From contig CAVORD010000003.1 in assembly GCA_963698535.1 (NCBI GenBank), positions 627 to 64,626 of the forward strand: a stretch of DNA of 64,000 bases, in the 5' to 3' direction. Under the pieces are notes generated by a model that saw only the letters and a list, made by a program, of their open reading frames with translations, was not told the origin of the DNA and ran no database searches. Below, in pieces: positions 49,313-60,147 of the stretch. Made by a program: the position numbers and the translations under genes. Within the stretch, counting starts at the first letter, position 1, and each line of letters starts with the position of its first letter. The DNA comes from an uncultured Bacteroidales bacterium. GTDB lineage: Bacteria > Bacteroidota > Bacteroidia > Bacteroidales > VadinHA17.

Positions 49313-51319
49313 CTACCGGAACAGACCTTCAGTGACATTATCGTCAGTAATATTAGGAAGAGTAACTACCAGTCCGGGTGTTCTCTCCATCTCCCTTTTA
49401 ATTGCAAAGATAGCTCCATCATTACGGGCCCAGCTCCTGCGGGCTATTCCATTATTGACATCCCATAGCAGCATTGCTTCTGCCCTGCCGGCAGCCTCCG
49501 GCGACCCGTCCAGCACCAGTCCGAAGCCTCCGTTTATTACCTCTCCCCATCCTACCCCGCCACCATTGTGTATCGACACCCAGGTGGCTCCACGGAAGGA
49601 ATCACCAATAACATTTTGAACAGCCATATCGGCTGTAAAGCTTGAGCCGTCGTATATGTTGGATGTCTCCCTGAATGGTGAGTCGGTACCTGAAACGTCA
49701 TGGTGGTCGCGACCTATCACAACAGGTGCTGAGATGCGCCCGTCGGCAATGGCATCATTGAAGGCTTTTGCTACCAGAGAGCGGCCCTGAGCATCGGCAT
49801 AAAGTATACGTGCCTGAGAACCCACTACCAGTTTGTTTCTGGCAGCCTCCCTGATCCAGTATATATTATCTGACAGCTGCTGACTGATCTCTGGTGGAGA
49901 GCTGGCCATCAGTTCTGTTAAAACCATCGCTGCTATTTTGTCTGTAACCTCAAGATCGGCAGGATCATTGGAGCAGCATACCCAACGGAAGGGTCCAAAG
50001 CCATAGTCGAAACATAAAGGACCCATAATATCCTGAACATAAGAGGGGTACCTGAATCCACCCGTCCCATCCATGATATCGGCTTCAGCCCTCGAGGCCT
50101 CCAGAAGAAAGGCATTACCATAATCGAAGAAATAGGTCCCTTTTTCACAATGCCTGTTAATGGCAGTTACCTGTCGCCGCAGAGAGCGCCTTACCTCTTC
50201 CCTGAATTTTTCAGGCTCCCTTGCCATAAGCTCATTGGCTTCATCCAATGATAATCCCACCGGGTAATACCCTCCCGACCACGGATTATGAAGTGATGTC
50301 TGGTCGCTACCGAGGTCAACGAATATATCCTCATCGGCAAACCGCTCCCAAACATCAACAATATTGCCGGAATAAGCAATGGATACCACCTCCTTCTTTC
50401 CCCGGGCTTCAACGACCCGCTTTACCAGGTCATCCATCGACACTATCACCTCGTCCACCCAACCCTGACTATGACGGGTTTTGATAACCTTAGGATTAAC
50501 TTCTGCTATAACAGATATCAGTCCCACAATGTTACCGGCTTTAGGCTGTGCTCCAGACATACCACCCAACCCGGAAGAGACAAAGATCATTCCCTGCGGC
50601 TCCTTATTCCCCTCCCTCTTTCTGCAAGCATTAAGCAACGTAATAGTTGTGCCATGGACAATACCCTGTGGTCCGATGTACATATACGAACCGGCTGTCA
50701 TCTGACCGTATTGTGAGACTCCGAGTGCATTGAATTTCTCCCAGTGGTCCTGAGAGGAGTAATTTGGTATTACCATACCATTGGTAACCACCACCCTCGG
50801 CGACTCCTTACTGCTGGGGAACAGACCCAGTGGATGCCCACTGTAGACCACAAGTGTCTGGTTATCTGTCATCTCGGCAAGATATTTCATCACCAGCCTG
50901 TACTGTGCCCAGTTCTGGAAGACGGCACCATTGCCCCCATAGGTTATAAGTTCATGAGGATGCTGTGCTACCCTGTTATCGAGGTTATTGCATATCATCA
51001 GCATTATCGCTGCTGCCTGTTGTGACCTATGGGGAAAATCATCAATATGCCTGGCTCTGATCTCATAGGAAGGCTTATACCGGTACATATATATCCTACC
51101 ATATTTCAGTAGTTCATCGGCAAACTCGGCAGCAAGCACAGAGTGTAAATGAGCAGGGAAATAGCGAAGGGCATTCTTTAATGCCAGCTTCTTTTCAGCT
51201 ATGTTTAAGATATCCTTACGTACCGGGGCATGATTGGCGTTTACATCATATTCGGGCATATCGGGCAGGTAATCAGGTATACCCTCAAGGATCGCCTTCT
51301 TAAATTCTTCTCTATTCAT
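49313..51319 (-). CDS. hutU: Urocanate hydratase (long form)
   Basis: It has the GLGGMSGAQPKAG NAD-binding motif, and the family is conserved throughout the protein. The start was taken at MNREEF (51319). Confidence 0.9.
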   Translation of the reverse strand: MNREEFKKAILEGIPDYLPDMPEYDVNANHAPVRKDILNIAEKKLALKNALRYFPAHLHSVLAAEFADELLKYGRIYMYRYKPSYEIRARHIDDFPHRSQQAAAIMLMICNNLDNRVAQHPHELITYGGNGAVFQNWAQYRLVMKYLAEMTDNQTLVVYSGHPLGLFPSSKESPRVVVTNGMVIPNYSSQDHWEKFNALGVSQYGQMTAGSYMYIGPQGIVHGTTITLLNACRKREGNKEPQGMIFVSSGLGGMSGAQPKAGNIVGLISVIAEVNPKVIKTRHSQGWVDEVIVSMDDLVKRVVEARGKKEVVSIAYSGNIVDVWERFADEDIFVDLGSDQTSLHNPWSGGYYPVGLSLDEANELMAREPEKFREEVRRSLRRQVTAINRHCEKGTYFFDYGNAFLLEASRAEADIMDGTGGFRYPSYVQDIMGPLCFDYGFGPFRWVCCSNDPADLEVTDKIAAMVLTELMASSPPEISQQLSDNIYWIREAARNKLVVGSQARILYADAQGRSLVAKAFNDAIADGRISAPVVIGRDHHDVSGTDSPFRETSNIYDGSSFTADMAVQNVIGDSFRGATWVSIHNGGGVGWGEVINGGFGLVLDGSPEAAGRAEAMLLWDVNNGIARRSWARNDGAIFAIKREMERTPGLVVTLPNITDDNVTEGLFR

Positions 51320-51400
51320 TGGTTTCGATAATGGCCTTGTAAAATTAGCATAAAAAAAGAAGCCACCCCAAGTGGAGTGGCTCAAAAACTCTTATGCAGA

Positions 51401-52162
51401 TTACTCTTTTTCTTTGGTTATATCCTCATCGACAAGAATCCTGCCACAATATTCGCAAACGATTATCTTCTTGCTGGTACGGATATCCAGTTGTCTCTGT
51501 GGCGGTATCTGATTAAAACAACCACCGCACGCATCCCTCTGGATGGTAACAACGGCAAGGCCGTTTCTGGCATTCTCGCGTATCCTGTGATAGGCTGTAA
51601 GAAGCCTCTCCTCAACCATCAGGCGGTACTCCTCTGATTTCTTGGCCATTGTCTCTTCATCCTTCTGGGTATCAGCAACTATTGCCGACAGTTCACCCTG
51701 CTTGGATTCAAAGTCCTTTCTTTTTTCAACGAGAGCTGCTTCCGATTCGGCCAATGCTAATTTTTTCTCGTCAACCAGGAAGCTGAACTCCTTGATCTTC
51801 TTATTGCATAGCTCTATCTCCAGATTCTGATATTCGATCTCTTTTGACAGAGAGTCAAATTCTCTGTTGTTCCTTACGTTATTCTGCTGGTCGGTATACT
51901 TCTTAATGAGAGCTTCCGCATCAGCTATTTCAATACTCTTCTTGCCTACAGATTGTTCAAGCTCCTTTAATTCCTCACGAAGGTTTACTATCCTTGTTTC
52001 CAGACCCTCCACCTCATCTTCAAGGTCCTGGACCTCCAGCGGAAGTTCTCCTCTTAATATTTTTATGGCGTCAATCGCTGAGTCGGTTAATTGAAGATTG
52101 TAAAGTGCCCTGAGTTTCTCTTCTACAGTAGATTCGACTTCGCCAGATCTTATTTTTTCCAT
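51401..52162 (-). CDS. Coiled-coil zinc-ribbon protein (COG1579-type, Nif3 partner)
   Basis: It has a long heptad-rich region and a C-terminal CGGC...CEYCGR ribbon. It overlaps the end of nif3 by 13 nt. Confidence 0.75.
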   Translation of the reverse strand: MEKIRSGEVESTVEEKLRALYNLQLTDSAIDAIKILRGELPLEVQDLEDEVEGLETRIVNLREELKELEQSVGKKSIEIADAEALIKKYTDQQNNVRNNREFDSLSKEIEYQNLEIELCNKKIKEFSFLVDEKKLALAESEAALVEKRKDFESKQGELSAIVADTQKDEETMAKKSEEYRLMVEERLLTAYHRIRENARNGLAVVTIQRDACGGCFNQIPPQRQLDIRTSKKIIVCEYCGRILVDEDITKEKE

Positions 52163-53259
52163 TGCTGAAAGTAATTTATCGGATTGGTATTTAATTCTGA
52201 AAATAGGACTGCAAATTTAGGGAATTTTTTGATAATAAGGTCGTAAATAATTTCCACTGTGAATTTTTCACTTTCATAATGACCAATATCTGCAAGTAAA
52301 AACCTCTCTGAGGCTTCGAACCAGGCGTGATATTTTATATCTCCCGTAACGTAAGCGTCTGCTCCGGATGCCATTGCATTATTAGCGAATGATGCCCCTG
52401 ACCCTCCGCACAAAGCCACTTTATGGATCTTTTTCCCTGAAAAACCGGAATGCCTTACCGACTCTTTATTGAACAGATCCGAAAGGGTTTTAATAAAATT
52501 TTCTCTTGTCATCTCTTTTTCCAGGGTGCCAACTACTCCCAGTCCGGTGGATGGATCTTCATTTTCAAGATTAATAAGATCATAAGCCACCTCCTCATAG
52601 GGATGATTTCTGATGAGCGCATTGACGACCTTGCTTTTGAGATATCGAGGCACAATCACCTCTATTTTGATCTCTTTTTCTCTGTGAACTTTACCCTGTT
52701 CACCAACGAAAGGCTTCGTCCCTTCACCTCCGCGAAAAGTACCTGTGCCCTCTGAGCTGAAACTGCAACTGTCATAACGGCCAATGGCCCCGGCGCCTGC
52801 AGCAAAGAGTGCCTCTCTTAAGCTATCGGCTTCTCCTTGTGGAACATATGTTATAAGCTTCATCACTCCGTTTCGCATCGGAACCAGAGGTTTCATGCCT
52901 TTAAGGCCTATCAAAGATCCCATCTTCCACGAAACACCCCCCTGTACCGAATCAAGATTGGTATGGGCCGAATAGACAGAGATGCCGTTTCTCAGGGCTT
53001 TCATTAATATTCTCCCCACCCTGTCGGAGGGTGTAATGTTCTTCAATGGAGAATAGATAAGGGGATGGTGTGAAACGATAAGGTTAGCCCCTCTTTTGAT
53101 CGCTTCGTCGACAACCTCTTCAGTAACATCGATGGTAAGTAGCACCGCTTTGGCAGGTGCACTGGGATCGCCTGCCTGTAATCCGGAATTATCATAATCC
53201 TCCTGGTATGAAAGAGGTATTCGCTCATCCAGGAAGGTGATCAGATCTGAAATATTCAT
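52150..53259 (-). CDS. Nif3-like dinuclear metal centre protein
   Basis: NSGLQ...SHHPLI...AHTNLD... with a PII-like insert. Confidence 0.85.
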   Translation of the reverse strand: MNISDLITFLDERIPLSYQEDYDNSGLQAGDPSAPAKAVLLTIDVTEEVVDEAIKRGANLIVSHHPLIYSPLKNITPSDRVGRILMKALRNGISVYSAHTNLDSVQGGVSWKMGSLIGLKGMKPLVPMRNGVMKLITYVPQGEADSLREALFAAGAGAIGRYDSCSFSSEGTGTFRGGEGTKPFVGEQGKVHREKEIKIEVIVPRYLKSKVVNALIRNHPYEEVAYDLINLENEDPSTGLGVVGTLEKEMTRENFIKTLSDLFNKESVRHSGFSGKKIHKVALCGGSGASFANNAMASGADAYVTGDIKYHAWFEASERFLLADIGHYESEKFTVEIIYDLIIKKFPKFAVLFSELNTNPINYFQQWKK

Positions 53260-53269
53260 AATTGATTAT

Positions 53270-53605
53270 TCAAAGGTTATCCCTGATCTCCACAAGCATC
53301 TCTCTGATGCTCTTTAGTGATTCAAGTATTTCGTGCCTGCTCTCATCACCATCACCATGGGTTTTGAGGTATTTCCTGGCACCGGCAATCGTCATCCCGT
53401 TACCTTTTAGAAGGTGATGAATTATTTTGAGGTTCTTCATATCCTCCTGAGTAAAGAGCCGGTTTCCCTTCCTGTTCTTCTTGGGCTTGAGGATTTCAAA
53501 TTCATTCTCCCAGTATCTTACTGTTGAAACCGGGACATCCAGCAATCTGGACACTTCTCCTATGGTGAAGAAAAGTTTTTCAACCTTTTGTTCCTTGTAT
53601 GGCAT
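53270..53605 (-). CDS. MerR-family transcriptional regulator
   Basis: It has an N-terminal wHTH (FTIGEVSRLLDVPVSTVRYWE) and is 111 aa long. Confidence 0.8.
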   Translation of the reverse strand: MPYKEQKVEKLFFTIGEVSRLLDVPVSTVRYWENEFEILKPKKNRKGNRLFTQEDMKNLKIIHHLLKGNGMTIAGARKYLKTHGDGDESRHEILESLKSIREMLVEIRDNL

Positions 53606-53657
53606 AGTTTAGATAAAAGAGGTAACCAATTTATATAAAATTAATTAAAGTAAATAA

Positions 53658-55148
53658 TTAATTATCTCCCAGGCAATATAAATAGCCATCGCGTGAAGCA
53701 ACAAATATCCTTCTGCCGTAAACCACGGGGGTAGATTCAAAGATCCCGGGCCAATGAGCGAGAAGGCTAATAACCTCATCGCCGCCTACCTCATAAAGCC
53801 ATAACCCTCCATAACCTGCCACAACAAGGCGGTTATCAACAAATATTGGGGTTGCAATTGATCCTCCTGTCTTCCTCCTGGTTAATAATTCCGGTGACGG
53901 ATAGAGTGTTGTACTGTCGGGGCCTGCTACCAGGCTATCGGACAGGGCCATATGATCGACGATATATGTATAACCGTCAATCCCACAGAAGGCAGCCAGA
54001 CGAACAGCTGCTGAATCGGCATATCTGTCGTTTACACCCGCTGAACCTATCACCCCTCCTTCCCATCCGGCAAACAACTTATTACCGGTAGGCTGGAACC
54101 ATACAACTGCTTCTGCCGGTGGCTTTGCAGGGTCTAGTTTAAATACTCCGCCATTACCTTTAATATACTGTTTCTCAACTGTTACGAGGATACAACTGTC
54201 GGAAGTTACAACTGGCGACCCGTCCATATCTGACCCGATGAAAAAGTCCCAGTCGAGCTCCCCTGTATGAATATTATATCCAAAAACGTGACCTGACCCG
54301 GAGGTTATATAGATGTGGTTACGCAGAAGTGCCGGCGATGATTCGGTAACAACATTATTCTTATGATTTACAAGATCCTTGTTATTGAAGAGTTTCAACT
54401 CATTAATTATTTTTGGCTGCAACATACCTTCCGAAACAATTGCAGCTTTGGGGTCAGGATCAAGAATGGTAAAAAGAGAATTCTCCAGCGGTATATAAAC
54501 CGTGTCATTAATGATCAGGGCACTGCCATCGACATCCCTGCTGTATGAACCGGTGTACTTGACATTGAGTCGCCACAACTCCTTTCCGCTTCTTAATGAA
54601 ACTGCTCTGTAGCTGGGTATATACTTTGCGTCGAGGTAAACACCAAAACCAAGTCGCGATCCCTGCAAAATAATATACCTGTGGTCGGGGTCCACAGCTT
54701 TGCTGTTATCCCAGATGGTCCCTGTCCCTTTTACGACATCGTCAAACTTATATTGCCATACCAGATTGCCGTTAGAAGCATCGATCTTCTTCAGTGTATG
54801 GTCAAATGAGCCCTGGATCAGATAAAGAGTACTGTCTTCTTTTACCAAAAGAGGCTGGCCTGTCCATCCGGCTCCCGACCATTTCTTATTCCCGGCTTTT
54901 CTCGATATTGTTGTTTCTCCGGTACCAAGAAAATGTTTCCAGATCAAATTAAGTGAAGAGGGGGCATCGGCACCACTGTAGTTCCTTTGGCTATTACCCA
55001 GAAAGGTAGGTATTATCAGTTCCGTCTGTCCACCTGCAAGAGATGTTGCCGGGACTATATTTACAACTAATGTATCATTAACATCGGCCTGACCAAATGC
55101 TGTACCCTTAAGCAGGATAAGAAAGAAAAGGGGAAAAATATTCTTCAT
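53658..55148 (-). CDS. PQQ-like beta-propeller repeat protein, secreted
   Basis: It has a signal peptide and repeated ...G.LVW / ELW / ELDW blade motifs. Confidence 0.7.
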   Translation of the reverse strand: MKNIFPLFFLILLKGTAFGQADVNDTLVVNIVPATSLAGGQTELIIPTFLGNSQRNYSGADAPSSLNLIWKHFLGTGETTISRKAGNKKWSGAGWTGQPLLVKEDSTLYLIQGSFDHTLKKIDASNGNLVWQYKFDDVVKGTGTIWDNSKAVDPDHRYIILQGSRLGFGVYLDAKYIPSYRAVSLRSGKELWRLNVKYTGSYSRDVDGSALIINDTVYIPLENSLFTILDPDPKAAIVSEGMLQPKIINELKLFNNKDLVNHKNNVVTESSPALLRNHIYITSGSGHVFGYNIHTGELDWDFFIGSDMDGSPVVTSDSCILVTVEKQYIKGNGGVFKLDPAKPPAEAVVWFQPTGNKLFAGWEGGVIGSAGVNDRYADSAAVRLAAFCGIDGYTYIVDHMALSDSLVAGPDSTTLYPSPELLTRRKTGGSIATPIFVDNRLVVAGYGGLWLYEVGGDEVISLLAHWPGIFESTPVVYGRRIFVASRDGYLYCLGDN

Positions 55149-55155
55149 AAACTGA

Positions 55156-56127
55156 TTAGTCGAACGACTGACCACTCTTGGAAGCTATCTCAATCATGCG
55201 CTCATACTCTTCCGGAGTAAGGTCGCTGAAATAATAATCGGCAGGATCCACATTACGGCCATTGAGGAACACTTCATAGTGAAGGTGCGGAGCTGTGGAC
55301 AGACCTGTATCTCCCACGAAGCCAATGACATCACCTCTTTTCACCGTCTGGCCCTGCCGTACGTTAAATCTGTCGAGATGAGCATAGACAGTCTCATAGC
55401 CAAAACCATGATCGATAACAATGTGATTTCCCAGTCCTCTTCGTGAACTTTTAACACTTATCACTTTGCCGTCGCCTGTCGCATAGATATCAGTGCCTGT
55501 TGGTGCGGTAAAGTCCTGTCCGTAGTGGAATTTCCGTATTTTGTAAATAGGATGTATCCTGTAACCCCAGCCCGAAGATGTTCTCTTAAGATCTTTATTG
55601 CTAATTGGCTGAATAGCAGGGATACACCTTAACATCTCCTCCTTTTCGCTTGCAAGTGATATCAGGTCATCAAATGATTTGGACTGGACATACATTTTCT
55701 TCCGGATCTTGTCAAGGCGTTTTGCTGTCTCCTCAACTATCTTACTGTTATCATATCCCTCCAGTTCCGCGTACCTGTTTATACCTCCAACACCGCCTTC
55801 GCGGGCAGTACTTGGAATAGGATCCGCTTCAAAAATTGTCCTGTAAAGATTATCATCGGTCTCCTGAAGGTGGAAAAGAACTTTTTCAACCTTCTCCATT
55901 TCGCGGTTAATGATCTCATATTGCAGAGAAAGTTGTGCTATCTCTCTTTTGAGCGCTTTTTCTTCAGGAGAATCAAAAATATAAGCAAAGGCCAGACCGT
56001 ATAAAGCCGCAAGGAACACGGATCCCAGAAAGTACGCAAAGAATCTCACTAACAACTGTGAGAAACCAAGCCGTATCTTGTCAAAACTTAGAGAATCCGG
56101 ATTAAATTTATACTTAGTCTTTGGCAT
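55156..56127 (-). CDS. M23-family metallopeptidase with N-terminal TM helix and coiled coil
   Basis: HYGQDF...GNHIVIDHG...TAPHLHYEV. Confidence 0.85.
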   Translation of the reverse strand: MPKTKYKFNPDSLSFDKIRLGFSQLLVRFFAYFLGSVFLAALYGLAFAYIFDSPEEKALKREIAQLSLQYEIINREMEKVEKVLFHLQETDDNLYRTIFEADPIPSTAREGGVGGINRYAELEGYDNSKIVEETAKRLDKIRKKMYVQSKSFDDLISLASEKEEMLRCIPAIQPISNKDLKRTSSGWGYRIHPIYKIRKFHYGQDFTAPTGTDIYATGDGKVISVKSSRRGLGNHIVIDHGFGYETVYAHLDRFNVRQGQTVKRGDVIGFVGDTGLSTAPHLHYEVFLNGRNVDPADYYFSDLTPEEYERMIEIASKSGQSFD

Positions 56128-56230
56128 CTATACCCTTTGGTTTGGGGCAAATATAGTAAATTCTGAAAAACATATACCCGGGGATATTAACTATCGGGGT
56201 AAAATTATCAACCGAAATGAATGGATTTAT

Positions 56231-57191
56231 TTAATTTCCAGCGCCTTGAAGGGTCTCTATCATTGAGAAATACTCCTCATCCGTAAGATCGTCGGTGAAG
56301 TAATAAAGCGGGTTCTGATGTACTCCGTTAAAATTTATCTCATAATGCAGATGGGGGCCGCTCGATATTCCTGTACTACCGGACAATGCTATCAGATCTC
56401 CTCTCTTTAACCCTCTGACCCTGTGTTACATTAATGGAACTTAAGTGGCCATAGATGGTCTGGAAGCCGTAACCATGATCTATCTTAACAAAATTACCGA
56501 ACCCTGATGAATTCCATCCCGCATCGATGACAACTCCTGCTCCGGTAGCAAAAACATCGGTTCCGGGAGGAGCATCAAAATCCTGACCATAATGCCATCT
56601 GCTTATTCCCAGAACAGGGTGAACATCTCTGAATTTAAGCCCGTCGCCCAGTCTGATACTCATGTGGACAGGCCTGATGTAAGGAAGATGCTCCATCTCT
56701 TTCTTCCATGCCGCTGTTTTGGTAACAAGTTCATCAAAAGACTTCGACTGAAAATAGACCTGCTTCTTCAACATATCAACTCCTGCGGCGGCACTTATCA
56801 TCAAAGGACTGGTCCTGTAGCCTTCAAGGTCGCTGTTGGGTGAAATACCACCAAACCCCGGTTCCCTGTAGCTGGCAGGAAGTTCCTCCAGATTCAGCAC
56901 CGGACGATATCGCTTGGAATCGGAATCGGCAAGATCGTTAACTACAAGGAATGATTTATCCACTTTCTTATTAAGCATGGCATAATCCAGCTTCAACTCT
57001 TCCAGTTGCTGTGAAAGCAATCTTTCTTTTGGTGACCCAAATATCTTAACGAATATGGCCCCGTAGATCAAAGTAATAATAACCGAGGCAGTCAGAAACA
57101 AAAAAAACCGGAGAAATAATTCCCTGGTCGAAGGACTATACTTCCTGTACTGCAAATCCTCCTTATCGAGGATAAAACGTTTGGAAGGCAT
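56231..57191 (-). CDS. M23-family metallopeptidase paralogue (one frameshift near 56405)
   Basis: HYGQDFDAP...GNFVKIDHG... then, in a shifted frame, GDLIALSGSTGISSGPHLHYEINFNG up to the stop at 56231. Confidence 0.8.
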
Positions 57192-57297
57192 ACTACTCTA
57201 CTTTACTTTTCGTGACTAAGTTGACAAATCTAGATTAAATAAATTAATTTTACAACCCGGTAAACCAGAAATTTGATCTAACTGAATGATTATTAAG

Positions 57298-59925
57298 ATG
57301 AATGCTAAAGATCTAAGGCAATCTTTTCTCGATTTTTTTAAATCAAAGCAACACTCCATTGTACCTTCAGCTCCATTGGTCGTAAAGAATGACCCGACGC
57401 TGATGTTCACCAATGCGGGTATGAACCAGTTCAAGGATCTGTTTCTGGGCAACAGTGAACCTACATCCAAAAGGGTTGTCAACAGTCAGAAATGCCTGAG
57501 AGTATCAGGAAAACACAATGACCTTGAAGAGGTAGGACACGACACCTATCATCACACCATGTTCGAGATGCTCGGAAACTGGTCGTTCGGCGATTATTTC
57601 AAGGAAGATGCCATCAACTGGGCATGGGAATTTCTTACGGAAAGACTTGGATTGAGCCCCGATCTTCTTTATGCCACCTATTTTGAAGGTTCTCCGGCTG
57701 AGAATGTCGAAAAGGACAGCGAATCAGAAGAAATGTGGCTCAGGAAGTTCAGGAATGCTCCAAACAGAGTTCTTCCGGGTTCAAAAAAGGATAATTTCTG
57801 GGAAATGGGCGACACCGGACCATGTGGTCCGTGCAGCGAAATTCACATCGACCTTAGAGACGAGGCAGAGAGAAAGAAAATACCCGGACATGAGCTTGTA
57901 AACGCTTCACATCCGCTGGTGGTTGAAATCTGGAATCTGGTATTTATTCAATATAACAGGAAATCAGACAGTTCACTGGAACAGCTTCCGGCCAGACATG
58001 TCGATACAGGAATGGGGTTTGAGAGACTTTGCATGGCTGTTCAGGGTAAAAAGTCAAATTATGATACCGACCTTTTTCAACCTGTAATAAAGGCCATTGC
58101 CGAAATGGCAGGGAAAAGATATGGCGATGATAAAAGATCTGACATTGCCATGAGGGTAATTGCTGATCATCTTCGTGCAGTATCCTTTTCAATATCCGAC
58201 GGACAGATACCATCAAACAACAGGGCCGGCTATGTGATCAGGCGTATATTAAGAAGGGCAATAAGATACGGCTACACAAACCTTGGACTGGAAGAGCCTT
58301 TCATCCACAAACTGGTGCCTGTACTCGCCGATGTTATGGGAGATCATTTCCCGGAACTCAGGAAATCGGAATCACTAATAACAAACGTAATACACGAAGA
58401 AGAGATCTCTTTTCTTAGAACACTAGGGAAAGGTGTAAAGAAACTCGATAAAAGGATAAAAGAGATGAGCACCGGAAAGTCTAAGGTGCTTTCGGGAAAA
58501 GAGGCCTTTGAGCTATTCGACACTTATGGATTTCCACTCGACCTTACTCAACTCATCTTAAGAGAAAGCGAGATGGATGTCGATGTTGAAGGTTTTGAAA
58601 AAGAGATGTCACAGCAAAAAGAGAGATCACGCGAAGATGCGGCTACCGATACAGGCGACTGGGTAACAGTAGGAAGCGATGATAACACCATCTTCACCGG
58701 TTATGATCTGCTGGAAGATAAGATAAAGATCAACAGGTGGAGAAAAATCAAGACCAAGTCAGGGTGGATATATCAGCTGGTTTTTAATCGCACTCCATTC
58801 TACGCTGAATCGGGAGGGCAGATCGGCGATACCGGCTTCATCGAAGCTAAGGGTGAGCGAACGGAGATAACCGGTACGTTAAAAGAGAATAATCTTATTA
58901 TTCACCTTGCCTCCTCGCTGCCATCTGATACCTCCTCGGAATTCATGGCCGTGGTGAACAGAAAACCCCGGGAGGCAACCGCCAGAAACCACACAGCCAC
59001 CCACTTGCTTCATCATGCGCTCAGAAAGGTCCTTGGCTCACATGTTGAACAGAAGGGAAGCCTGGTGGAGCCGGACAGGCTAAGGTTTGACTTCAGCCAT
59101 TTTGCAAAGGTCACGGATGATGAGAAACGTGAAATTGAAAGAATAGTCAATCAGGAGATAGCAGGAAATATAAACAACAGCACCCTCGATGGGGTAAAGA
59201 TGGATGAGGCTCTTAATATGGGCGCCATGGCACTTTTCGGAGAGAAATACGGCGACGCGGTGAGGGTTGTGAAGTTCGGCGAGTCGGTTGAACTATGCGG
59301 AGGCACTCACGTCAGATCAACCGGCGAGATAGGTCTCTTCATTATCACATCGGAAGGAGCAATTGCCGCAGGAATAAGACGTATCGAAGCTCTTACCGGT
59401 GAAAAGGCAGTTGAATATGTTAATGAGAAGCTGTTGCTTATCGATCAGGTCTCCGAAAAAGTGAGAAGTACCGGCAATCTGCTTGAGACAGTTGATAAAC
59501 TTATTTCAGATAATCAGATACTTAGAAAGACAGTTGAGAAGATGCAGGCGCAGTCTGCTGCGATATTGGCCCGCCAGTTGCTTGCAGAAGCTGAGGATAT
59601 CTCTGGCATCAGATTCATTGGAAAAACTGTTGACGCAGAAACTCCTGAAACATTGAAAAACATAGCATCGATAATCAGAAGAGATGGCGACAATCTGGTA
59701 TTCGTAGCCGGAGCCTCCATCGATGGTACAGCACACCTTGTAGTTATGGTAAGCGATAATCTTGTTGCATCAAAAAGAGCATCAGCCTCCGACCTTATAA
59801 AATCTGTCTCCGCAGAGATAAAAGGCGGCGGAGGAGGACAACCCTTTCTTGCATCGGCAGGAGGTAAGAATCCGGCAGGACTTCAGAATGCCATAAATAA
59901 GGTAAGAGATATTATAAAAGGATAA
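57298..59925 (+). CDS. alaS: Alanine--tRNA ligase
   Basis: It is a full-length class II AlaRS with FTNAGMNQFK, the editing-domain HxxxH/CGGTH motifs and a C-terminal DHHA1 domain. Confidence 0.95.
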   Translation: MNAKDLRQSFLDFFKSKQHSIVPSAPLVVKNDPTLMFTNAGMNQFKDLFLGNSEPTSKRVVNSQKCLRVSGKHNDLEEVGHDTYHHTMFEMLGNWSFGDYFKEDAINWAWEFLTERLGLSPDLLYATYFEGSPAENVEKDSESEEMWLRKFRNAPNRVLPGSKKDNFWEMGDTGPCGPCSEIHIDLRDEAERKKIPGHELVNASHPLVVEIWNLVFIQYNRKSDSSLEQLPARHVDTGMGFERLCMAVQGKKSNYDTDLFQPVIKAIAEMAGKRYGDDKRSDIAMRVIADHLRAVSFSISDGQIPSNNRAGYVIRRILRRAIRYGYTNLGLEEPFIHKLVPVLADVMGDHFPELRKSESLITNVIHEEEISFLRTLGKGVKKLDKRIKEMSTGKSKVLSGKEAFELFDTYGFPLDLTQLILRESEMDVDVEGFEKEMSQQKERSREDAATDTGDWVTVGSDDNTIFTGYDLLEDKIKINRWRKIKTKSGWIYQLVFNRTPFYAESGGQIGDTGFIEAKGERTEITGTLKENNLIIHLASSLPSDTSSEFMAVVNRKPREATARNHTATHLLHHALRKVLGSHVEQKGSLVEPDRLRFDFSHFAKVTDDEKREIERIVNQEIAGNINNSTLDGVKMDEALNMGAMALFGEKYGDAVRVVKFGESVELCGGTHVRSTGEIGLFIITSEGAIAAGIRRIEALTGEKAVEYVNEKLLLIDQVSEKVRSTGNLLETVDKLISDNQILRKTVEKMQAQSAAILARQLLAEAEDISGIRFIGKTVDAETPETLKNIASIIRRDGDNLVFVAGASIDGTAHLVVMVSDNLVASKRASASDLIKSVSAEIKGGGGGQPFLASAGGKNPAGLQNAINKVRDIIKG

Positions 59926-59943
59926 TAAGTTCAAATAACAACA

Positions 59944-59977
59944 AGAATAACCGGCCTCTCCAGGATCCGGTTATTCT
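59944..59977 (+). terminator. Terminator hairpin after alaS
   Basis: agaataaccgg / ccggttattct form an 11-bp stem 19 nt after the stop codon. Confidence 0.6.
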
Positions 59978-60147
59978 GCTTAATAGACCCTTTTTATTAA
60001 TCGGTCGAAAATTCCAATCGCCACACACCGTTGTATTTTATTGACATCCTGTATCTTATCAAAGATTAGCCATTCATTTATTACAAACTATTGCATTTGT
60101 TCGAAAACTTTTATTAGAATTGCATCATTAACCAACCAATTGAAACA

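Noticed and set aside
49313-51319. A histidine-utilisation (hut) operon
   Set aside because: Only hutU is present. No hutH, hutI or hutG lies adjacent, so this is an isolated housekeeping gene and not a system.
2044-56410. Programmed ribosomal frameshifting as an explanation for the frame breaks
   Set aside because: The breaks occur in about eight unrelated genes. They share no slippery heptamer and no downstream structure, and several sit at plain homopolymers. Sequencing indels or decay are simpler explanations.
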